Source: Sphaeroforma arctica JP610
Lineage: Eukaryota
Direction: 5' to 3'
Assembly (NCBI RefSeq): GCF_001186125.1
Contig: NW_014040481.1
Span: 16,300 to 80,299, forward strand
DNA: 64,000 bases
A program made the position numbers and the translations under genes. The notes below the pieces were generated by a model, which saw only the letters and a list, made by a program, of their open reading frames with translations, made no database searches and was not told where the DNA came from. Positions 53,451 to 64,000 of the stretch are shown here, in pieces (position 1 is the first letter of the stretch; each line of letters begins with the position of its first letter).

Positions 53451-54784
53451 CAAAGTTCGCTACTTAGATATGCGTCACACGTCAGGTCGACAATGCCAGC
53501 CTCTGAATTTGAGGATCAAGACGCAGATGGTGTATTGTTCAATGCAGAGTTTTTCATAATCAGTTTGATGGTCGATATTTGTGCAATGTTTATGGAATAA
53601 GATTATATTTATCTATCCACTGTAAGACTCGTATCCAACTGTATGGGGACCTTATAATTGATGAGCTACTTCAATCCAATCGCCTCAACATGTTTCGGCT
53701 ACCGGTAAATCAAAACCGACGACACTAGTACAGCATTCTGATACAACAGATGGGTCGATATAGCGTTAGAGCGTACGAACTCTAAGATCATCAAGAAACC
53801 CACCGCTGAACGAGGCGAGGTTCAGATCCCATGAATGAGGTCACGGGAAACGCTTCGATAAAAGTAGTTGCTGATTTCACAGCAGGGTTTATGGTTTTAC
53901 CTATGCCGTGGTAAAATGGGTAACCATGTTAGCCTTGGTCGAAACTGGATATGGATGCAGATATGAACATAATTTTGCCACTAAACGGCATATAGGTACA
54001 TGAGAGTTGTTGCAATTACAGCTGAACACTGCAACACAAGTCTTACATTCTCTACCTACTCACCCATCGCAACATCAAACAACGGATGTTCAATCGCCTA
54101 TGACACTACGAAAAACTATGACGCTAAAACATACACGATATCCAGGACATAATCAAATATCCCACGGTTCACATATGGAGCACGTCCCGCCACAAATTAG
54201 ACCACACGTGTAGGAGTCACAATCTATACCACATGTCCAACCAATGCAACACTGCCACAAGATCATACGTCGCAGCAGGTACATGATGTCGCCAAAATTG
54301 AAAGCAAACGGAAAATCTGTTTATTGGGATCGACTATAGGCAAGATTCTGCCTGGACATGCCCTTTCCATGCCTCCACCTAGGCCAAACAGATATGATGC
54401 TAAAGAATAATCTTGGGAGTTGGATATGACAAGAAGTCCATTCTCTAGTCTGTCAGTGAGTACACCATCACGTGCACCACCAGGGCATAGCACGCTAGCG
54501 TTGCTCAATCCAGCACCGACGTCTTTAGGTACATTAAGAGCGTCAGCTCGCGTCGGTCCTTTGGCAAAGTGGACAGGACTTTTATCCGATTCTGATCATT
54601 GTCCTACGGACGTCAGTCCGATGTGGCACTTTTTTCTTTATAGTGGGTCATGGATCATCTTGGACTATATTCGACAAAGAATTTTATGGTGATTCCTGGA
54701 CCAATAGAATTCGACCTATATGATATCTTGAAGATGGAACAGCAGTGAAGAACAGTTTCCGCATCCAGCAAGAACTTGTCGATG

Positions 54785-56750
54785 ATAGGGATAATATTAT
54801 TTATTTCAAAAATGGCAAGTATGTATGATACAATGTACGAACATATGGTATGGCTCTCATAGTCGCTGTAGTGGTTCAGGAAAGACTGATGGGAAGAAGT
54901 GGTCAGTAAATTCCCGTTTGAAGCTTGGGCCAAGTGAGTCGACAATGGAAGATATGTGCTGAGTCAATTCGGGCCGGTGTTGACAAAATACTGTTACTAT
55001 CGAATGTTCCATATATTCGCTTGCTGACCTACTAAGTAGATTACCCACCTTTGTGGTACGGATCGGGTCTGCGCCGTGCAGTGCCGCGGAATGGGTTAGT
55101 GTAGAGTACGAAATACCGAGAAGGACCAGGTTATCAGTCATATTCCGGTCGAGAAGCGAGGATGGGGGTAAGCCAATGCCGCACCAAACCACGGATGAAT
55201 TCGGTAAGTGTTAGCTGGCCTGGATTAGTGGTTCAGGAAAGATTGATGGGAAGAAGTGGTCAGTAAATTCCCGTTTGAAGCTTGGGCCAAGTGAGTCGAC
55301 AATGGAAGATATGTGCTGAGTCAATTCGGGCCGGTGTTGACAAAATACTGTTACTATCGAATGTTCCATATATTCGCTTGCTGACCTACTAAGTAGAGTA
55401 CCCACCTTTGTGGTACGGATCGGGTCTGCGCCGTGTAGTGCCGCGGAATGGGNNNNNNNNNNNNNNNNNNNNGCTGAAGGAGGTCAGGGCCAATGGGTGG
55501 CAGTTTTGGGCCTACCAGGATGCGTCGAATCAGTTGTTGGATGCAGGTAAAGTGGCTGGTAATGAACTTGTGGCTACCGGGGCAGACAGGGCAAAGACAG
55601 CCGTCGGTGCGGTAGTCGAGCAATGTGAACATGTACGTATTCGTTACAATCATAGCACAGAGCCGGATTGGTGTAGGCTCGAAGCAGCGATTGAAGCTGT
55701 CGTGTCTGGCTGTGTCTCGGTTTGAGGTTGGCGGTTTACCCATAACCAGTTGGTAGTAGTATTGGCGCCGGGCCATTGCCGCGATCTCCTTGTTGGACCA
55801 ACGTTTTGTTGAATTCTTTCTGATGTCGTCACAGCGTTGGTGGAGGGCTACATGGTCGGGTGTACACCCGCCCGTGGTTTTGTGTACAGTTTTCAGTGAG
55901 CATAGATACTGTACGGGAAGCGCAGTGCTGGTTTATCGTGGGCTCAGGCGGGTTGTGTCAGAGGTCGCGCGGGGAGCAGGCCACAAAAGTGGTGTAAGTT
56001 TGTTTGATGTTTGGGAAACCGAGGGTATTTAGTGCCCGTGATGATGGCTGCTGCTTGGTTGAGTGCTGAGTTAAAGCACTCGAACAAGGGGTCCAACGCA
56101 TCCTTCCATATAGGCGGAGCCCAGGTAATAATATTCAGGCCATATGTAGCCGTGGATAGGATGAATGTTTTGCACAGCACAAGTCGGTTGTGGGGGTGTC
56201 TCCAGCTGAAGTCATAGAAGCCATAAGCGCGGAAAGAGGCGATACCCAGCGACAATGCTGCAACCAGGGATTCCATATGTCTAGCGAGGTTGATTCCTGG
56301 TACTCCGTGAGAGAGTGGGAACCCCAGGTATTTGTAGTGTTTCGGATCGGCATGTGTGGGCGCCAGTTTCAGGGGGAGGTAACGTGTGTTCCAAGGTGCG
56401 TCTGCAAGCGTCGGCGTGATAAGCTCACCATTTATATGGAGGGCTGGCGCCGCGTGTCGCAAGTCGGTAGATCGTACTCGGGGTTTAATGACACCCTGTT
56501 CAAGGCCATATTTACGTCCCCACGCATCAATATCATCTAAGAAGGGCTGGAGCGAAACCGATCGAGGGTCTTGGATCCGTGTGTCATCGACAAATAAATA
56601 AGAGCGGAGGAGCTTGGGCCGAAATTGTGCTAGCGTGACAGCTAAGGAATCTATGTAGATAATAAAGAGCTGGGGGTCAACGATTGATCCTTGTATGATG
56701 CCATTCGTTCTATGGAATAGAGACGAGAGCGTGCCAAGATAGTTACGGCT
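54785..56750 (-). mobile_element. 5'-truncated LINE (RT motifs, C-terminal CCHC, 3' region with ~225-bp duplication)
   Basis: NGIIQGSIVDPQLFIIYIDSL...YLFVDDT (56710-56580), HYKYLGFPL, CPVCPGSHKFITSHFTC; 54868-55093 is repeated at 55227-55452. Confidence 0.9.
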
Positions 56751-56999
56751 GTAACTCGATCCAACTCCGGACTGCTGACTAAATACTTTAGACTTCGTGT
56801 CTTAAGAGTGTCTTAGTTTAACTGCAATTTAAGAGACTGTTATTAAAGTCTGCTTTAATGTAGGGTAGTAAACTAGTATTTTCATTTTTTTTTTCACATT
56901 GAATTTTTCCTCTGCCATATCTTTACGGATGCTCACTTTTGTCTAATCATCTTATAGCTTGTAAAAGTTTAGCTTATATATCGTCTATAACAATTTTAT

Positions 57000-57120
57000 A
57001 GTGATAGTAGACTTTATTCACCTTCGATCGTCTAAAATAATTATATAATGATTGTTAACTTTATTCACCTTCGATCGTCTATAACAATTATATAATGATA
57101 GTTGACTTTATTCACCTTCG
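57000..57120. repeat. ~48-bp tandem repeat, 2.5-3 copies
   Basis: actttattcaccttcgatcgtcta..a.aattatataatgat units. Confidence 0.85.
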
Positions 57121-57854
57121 TGAAAACTTTGGCTAGATGACATCCGTGGCAACTACTATCGCGAATGCGACCAAGATGAGGGCTACTACCCCAACAGTAG
57201 GCAACAATCTCAGCTGTCTCATTGTGAGAATATGGATAACAGCTTTTACAAATAAGCTATCTTGTTTTTGTTCTGTTTTTGTTAAAATAAATGGTACATT
57301 TTATTTAGCCTGACTTCCACAAAGCAAGGTAAGCAAACTTTGAAAGAAAAAATCACATGCCAGTTATAAAAACAAAACTGGTTTTCCGCCAAACCAAAAT
57401 TCCCCATTCTGGACCATATTAGACAGCGGATTTATAGTGATAATTTAGCCAGTAGAATTCGGCCCTTACGATATCTTGTATAGATGGGAACATATGCACA
57501 AGTACTAGGCATTGATAAATACGGCAGTAACACGATACCACTCGGTGCTGCCGTAAAAATAGTCTTCCTTTCACGGCTCATGTGTACCTTAGTTTTACTA
57601 CAATCTATTACTCACTGGACCTGTCAGCGGAGATATGTGTCTAATATCCGCGAGGTGTTGATGGCAGAGTACTAACGCCGCGTGGGTGTTTGTTGCTCCA
57701 AAAATGACAATGGCGTGATAGTATCAGTTATTTTCTTGGACGGCGAACATATACCTGGGCATTGCTTTAAACCGTGCAACTGGGAAGGGAAAAATGATAG
57801 TATTCTGTGTACGTCACAAAAACATTTGTATGAACCCCTGGTGAATGTTTGTTA

Positions 57855-58310
57855 TTTGTATGTGAATGAGACCGATTGAACACGTCGTCATCGTCTTTTG
57901 CTCAGTCGTAACATCACTTTCCCAGTCGGTGTTTTCTATTACTGCTGCTCATGTCTTTACGAGAAAGGCGTTAGTTTTCTTGAAAGGAACCGTCAATGAT
58001 TCCCAGAGTGTGAGGTGTAGCTTATGTTTTGCAACGCACTCGATCGCGCGCACACTGTCCTGCTACGCTACAAACAATTGGTGAAAACAGCAGCGAGATT
58101 CGTGTTTGGATTTTTTTTTGAATTGAATATATATCGATCACGATCTGGACGCGTATACTTCAGCACCGGGGTTTAAATACACTACACTATTTATGTACAT
58201 CGACGATTGCACGAGCAATTGAAGATAGGTACTCAATTGAAGATAGGTCCTCAAATGATGCACATTATTTACATCTACAATAAACGTGCAATTAAAGATA
58301 TCTACTCAAA
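57855..58310 (+). repeat. ~450-bp dispersed non-coding repeat, copy 1
   Basis: Near-identical to 60570-61020 (tttgtatgtgaatgagaccgattgaacacg...aataaacgtgcaattaa). Confidence 0.9.
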
Positions 58311-59372
58311 GCTACATATTATATATAGTNNNNNNNNNNNNNNNNNNNNTGAACATGCCCGTTCTCGATTTGTCTGTATTGTGCTTGAAACTTTGTTGTA
58401 AGTGTTCGGGAATACAAACCATGTGTGCGTGCCATGGCGCCGAGTACTATATGTATAAGAGACATGCATATATAGAAGATACAGAAACACGGTTGTTGAC
58501 TCTTTCAAAAATAAACTAGGGTTGTGCATTGCGCAGGGATTCCCACATTAAAATTTGATATTTCCTTCGTCCATATTACGGAACTACAAAATGCTACTAT
58601 GTACAGACAGTATGCACACATTATGTGTCTGTAAATAATTTAGAGAGGGGAAGAGTGTTTATAAACGCCGATATTCATTCATAGTTCGTATATATGTAAA
58701 TATCGGATATTCCCTTTCCCTCTCTCTCTCACTCTCGAGTCTGGTGTGAGGACTGAAGAGTGACGAATCGTGATTAAGGTTTATAGGGTTTGTGACTTTT
58801 GACTAAAAAGTTTTCTTCTTCTTGGTTTAGCCTGTGTAGGATATGGCTGTGCGCTATCTGTGCTTTCGCGAATTTAACTATTGCCTTTCACTGTTTTGTG
58901 CTTTTCACTGCGTCTGCTCGGTGCTTTGGCAGTTTGGCCTTTGAAAGTTGAAACGGCCCTGGGCCTGAGGAGGTTCAGCCGTTCAAGCGTTCACTCCAGC
59001 CCGTGTAAATATTTGGGAGCAGATCCTTTTTGATAGTAGTGAAAACTATTGTTTTGATTGGTGGAAAACAACAGAATATAAAAATGATGGGACATCGGGT
59101 TATTTGGGTCATCATTTCGACATTTCAAGACTCTTTTTATTTTTTTAGTTTTGCTTTCTTTTATTTTTTAAACAATGATATCAGATATGTACGTATTCGA
59201 CTCATGGTAGCGTATCAATGTACTTAAAAAAATATAGTGTTCCAGCGCTATCCAGCAATGTTTGTATATACGTATGACCCTGCGGGCCTGCACAGGCACT
59301 ACAAATAGTTGACATCCAGGCACAGTCGTAGGCATTTATAACCTGGGAGTATATATTATACAGTAAGCAAGA

Positions 59373-61024
59373 ATGGGTAGTGGATATAGTATCGGTGGTG
59401 TGGTCTTCGGTCAGCTGTTTAAGGCGAGATCCTTCACCTCGGCATACAAAGGTCCAACTATTCCTGATCATGTCGACCTCACTGGGAAGGTCTTTCTCGT
59501 CACAGGGGCTTCTTCTGGTCTCGGAAAGATGTTAGTAATAGAACTTACTAAACGTGGTATGTATGAGGATTATTTATCTTGCGAAATGTTCTCCTGTGTA
59601 CAACAGCTGCCTTCACAGCTGCCTTCAGCGTACTAAATTCAATTCTGAGGCAAAGCTAACTCTTAACTGGGACCATGTAACTGATTCCTTTTTTTTGTTT
59701 TCTGTGTGTAGATATCAGATGTGCTTTTGGTTTGTGAATTGACTATGGTTTCTGGTTGGTTTGCTGTGTTATTGCTGGTCTGTGTGTGGTATGCAGTTGT
59801 CTATACTGTTGATTAATGAGTTATCTCTATGCTTATTTGTTTCCCGCACCACTTGCCCTGATGCGTCTAGCACGTTACTCTGGTAAACTCAAGCCCTGTG
59901 AAAGAAAAATTATGTAACTTTATTTTCTCATTCGGGAAAACTATTCGAGCACAAGATTGTATCTACATGCTTTTGCTAATGTACGGACATTCAATTTGCG
60001 GCATCGAAAAACCTTCAACGTGTGCACGGTCTAATTGCTCTATCATTTCCCTTTTCTCGTATTGTCCCAGGTGCGGATGTACATCTGATCAGTCGAACAA
60101 TGGATAAATTACAGAAGGTGAAAGCAGAAGCCGAGACTCAAGCTAAGGCTGAGGGTAAAAAATCGGGAAATCTATCCTGTCACTCGTTAGATATGTCGGA
60201 TATGAGTGCTGTGTGTAAGTTCGTAGCCGACTTCCCAAAGGATAAGGCGATACACTGTTTAGTCAATAATGCGGGAGCCTTACCCTATGAGAGAGAAATG
60301 GTGAGTGGTGGTAGACTAGAGAAGACGACGGCTTGTCACGTGGTAGGGCCGTACTTGTTGATCAAAGGTAAGGCTATAGCTAGTCGTAAACGGACTAGGG
60401 GAAATTATATCCGTTTGCTTCTATATGACTGGTGTTGTAGTCCTTCCGTGTGGTGCGAATGCATATACATACATCCTTCATTTTATTTGCTTATTTTATT
60501 TGTATTTATGCATACACATAAATCCATTATTTTTTATGTTTATGTATATACATGTATACTTTGTTTGTTATTTGTATGTGAATGAGACCGATTGAACACG
60601 TCATCGTCCTTTTCTCAGTCGTAACAACACTTCCCAGTCGGTGTTTTCTATTACTGCTGCTCATATCTTTAAGAGGAAGGCGTTTGTTTTCTTGAAAGGA
60701 ACCGTCAATGATTCTCAGAGTGTGAGGTGTAGCTTATGTTTTGCAACGCAGTCGATCGCGCGCACACTGTCCTGCTACGCTACAAACAATTGGTGAAAAT
60801 AGCAGTGAGGTTTGTGTTTGGATTTGTTTTTGAATTGAATATATATCGATCACGATCTGGACTCGTATACTTCAACACCGGGGTTTAAATACACTACACT
60901 ATTAATGTACATCGACGATTGCACGAGCAATTGAAGATAGGTACTCAATTGAAGATAGGTCCTCAAATGATGCACATTATTTACATCTACAATAAACGTG
61001 CAATTAACGATATATACTCCATAT

Positions 61025-61059
<35 letters not shown>

Positions 61060-61303
61060 TTGTGTGTGTAAGTATATCTATCTTCCGGATTACACGAGCA
61101 ATTAAAGCTACATACTCAAATGCTACAATATATATATATATATATATTCATATATATTCATATATACATATAAACATATATATATATATATATATGTCTG
61201 TGTCTGTGTCTGTGTCTGTGTCTGTGTACACACACACACATATATATATATNNNNNNNNNNNNNNNNNNNNTACTAAATAGCTACTACGTTATATACTAT
61301 TAT

Positions 61304-61344
<41 letters not shown>

Positions 61345-62341
61345 ATGTACAAATATATATATATATATATATAGATATATATATATATACATGAGCTAGT
61401 TAGCTATGTACTCAAATGCGACATGTTATCCACCCGCAGGCTTACACGCACAACTGAAGTTAGGCAACGGGCGGGTCATCAACAACGCGTCTGCTGGGCT
61501 ATATGGCGCACAGATGGATGTGGCTGCACTCAAAGATGGGTTCAAGACATATGTCAAGAAAGACAACAAAGTCGACGGCGCGTTAGTGTATGCTGTATGT
61601 AAACGAGCGATGTTGGAGATGAGCGACTTCTTGGCAGACTGCTACAGCGAGGATGGTACTGTTATCATGACTAACCATCCCGGGTGGTGCGAGACGGAAG
61701 GTTTGAAGCCTCTACTGGATCAGCATGCGGGATACGGCAGCATCACATTCAGGTGAGAGAGCGAGAGATATTACATAACCTAAGAAATAGATACTTGCAA
61801 ATCTTTGGTGTGCGTGTGGTAGCATCACATTCAGGTAAGAGATAGATACTTCCTACACATTGTTGTACGTGTTTTTTGTTGAGGTGTTTTCGCGTTTCTT
61901 CTCAACTGAGCCCTGCGCAACGGGTTAACGGAGGTTCCCAATATGTGCCCTAGCCTCCGATGTCTGATCCGATGTATTAAAACGCTTTCTCTTTTACGTA
62001 TATGGCATGGCCTCATCACATGTATAGATACCCTGATTCTGCTATATGCATACCGTTAACTAGGCCCCAATGTTATCAAGCAGCAGCTAATCTCCCGTAT
62101 GTCTGGTTGCATTTCGTTTGTCCGTCTCAGAGATCCGAGGGATGGTATGATGGGAATGTACTACCTGTGTGTGGCGCCAGAGGTGGATACTAGCTACTCA
62201 GGCAAGTTCTACTTCGACGGCAAGGCAGTGGAGAAACACCAGATGTTCACAAGCACCTCGAGTTCGGATAGGAGTGTCAATGAAATGATTGCCTTCTGTG
62301 AGAAATTTAATAAGTTACCGGCAGGATCCGATGGGAATTAG
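59373..62341 (+). CDS. Short-chain dehydrogenase/reductase, DHRS12-like
   Basis: Exons 59373-59556, 60071-60367, 61440-61752, 62131-62341 (GT-AG, phases 1,1,2). Motifs VTGASSGLG, LDMSD, LVNNAG, RVINNASAGLY, YAVCKR (YxxxK), HPGWCET, GKFYFD. Confidence 0.92.
60570..61020 (+). repeat. ~450-bp dispersed repeat, copy 2 (in SDR intron 2)
   Basis: Direct match to 57855-58310. Confidence 0.9.
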
Positions 62342-62689
62342 CGATGTGCGTACGTCGTTTATTATAAATAAATTTATGTACGTGTCTCACTGGGTCCGAT
62401 ATAGCGACATACGTATTTCATTTATTATGAATTAAATTATGTAAATGTCTCTCTGGGTGCAGTTAGAATCCGCTACGATTGGTGTTGTTTTATTTTAATT
62501 ATAGGTATGTAGTTCAAGTTATGATTAAGAGAGAGTAATATACTTGTGTGTACCTATGCAAAGTGCTACATATTTGGCTGTGCTTACAGACACGTTAGTG
62601 ACGCTTGTGGGAATAGTCAGAGGCTCTGTTAGAATTTTGCAGCTTATGCGGCAATTGAGTGCGCATGTGTAAGTTAGCACCAACAGCTG

Positions 62690-64000
62690 TAGATACTTTC
62701 TTTTGCTATTGATATTGACTGCGTATACTTTATGATACTATTCATTTCTGACTGCGTATACTATATTTTGCTGTTGATAATGATTGCATATACTCTATGT
62801 TGCTATTGATAATGATTGTATATACTTTATGTTGCTATTGATATTGACTGTGTATACTTTCTTCTGCTATTGATATTGACTGCCGATACTGTATGTTGCT
62901 ATTGATATTGACTGCGTATACTTTATTTTGCTCTTCATTCTTGACTGCAAATACTATATTTTGCTATTGATAATGATTGCATATACTTTATGTTGCTATT
63001 GATAATGACTGTATAAACTTTATGTTGTTATTGATATTGACTGTGTATACTTTATTTTGCTATTGACACTGAATGCGTATACTTTATGTTGTTATTGAAT
63101 TTGACTGCGTATACTATATTTTGCTATTGATATTGACTGCGTATACTTTATTTTGCTCTTCATCATTGACTGCAAATACTATATTTTGCTATTGATAATG
63201 ATAACATATACATCATGATGCTATTGATAATGACTGTATATGCTATTGATAATGACTGTATATGCTATTGATAATGACTGTATATGCTATTGATAATGAC
63301 TGTATATGCTATTGATAATGACTGTATATGCTATTGATAATGACTGTATATGCTATTGATAATGACTGTATATGCTATTGATAATGACTGTATATGCTAT
63401 TGATAATGACTGTATATGCTATTGATAATGACTGTATATGCTATTGATAATGACTGTATATACTTTATGTTGCTATTGATATTGACTGTGTATACTATAT
63501 TTTGCAATTGATATTCACTGTGTATACATTCTTCTGCTATTAATATTGACTGCCTATACTTTATGTTGCTCTTCATTTTTGACTGCGTGTACTATATTTC
63601 GCTATTGATAATGACTGCATATACTTTATTTTGAAATTGATAATGACTGCGTATACTTCATGTTGTTATTGATATTGACTGCGTATACTATATTTTGCTA
63701 TTGATATTGACTGCATATACTTTATTTGATATTGATATTGACTGTGTATACTTTATTTTGCAATTGATAATGACCGCGTATAATTTATGTTGTTATTGAT
63801 ATTGTCTGCGTATACTATATTTTGCTATTGATATTGACTGCGTATACTTTAATTTGCTCGTCATTATTGACTGCGTATACTATATTTTGCTATTGATAAT
63901 GATTGCATATACTTTATGTTGCTATTGATAGTAACTGTATATATTTTATGTTGGTATCGATATTGACTGTGTATACTTTCTTTGCTATTGATATTGACTG
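62690..64000. repeat. Minisatellite/satellite, ~31-32-bp unit (tgctattgatattgactgcgtatactttattt) with an internal homogeneous 22-bp subarray
   Basis: Direct reading; tgctattgataatgactgtata is repeated perfectly ~11 times at 63219-63460. The array runs off the window end. Confidence 0.95.

Noticed and set aside
62690..64000. CRISPR-like regular repeat array
   Set aside because: Units are contiguous with no unique spacers, there are no cas genes, and the context is eukaryotic; it is a minisatellite.

Overview
Eukaryotic, intron-rich, TE-dense draft-assembly window with several N gaps and (TA)n-filled introns. An ichthyosporean/unicellular holozoan-like origin is only a guess from style. Four host genes can be assembled from splice signals: a 17-finger C2H2 zinc-finger gene (-, 2091-5424+, one GC-AG intron), a ~1,700-aa low-complexity Q/N/G-rich protein gene (-, 40613-46881), a PTC7-like PP2C phosphatase (+, 49478-52690) and a DHRS12-like short-chain dehydrogenase (+, 59373-62341). 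The rest is decayed retroelements (three Ty3/Gypsy, one Ty1/Copia fragment, two large copies plus one tiny 3' piece of a LINE), MITE-like/inverted repeats and tandem arrays. The standout observation is a Ty3/Gypsy LTR retrotransposon (~8.9-15.0 kb) with a DDE integrase and a chromodomain-like tail. It carries a Dam-like N6-adenine DNA methyltransferase domain (IDMFA ... DAF ... NPPW) between RNase H and integrase, a domain normally associated with DIRS tyrosine-recombinase elements. A second, divergent Gypsy element at 35.7-39.2 kb shows the start of the same domain at the same position, suggesting a lineage of methyltransferase-bearing Gypsy elements.
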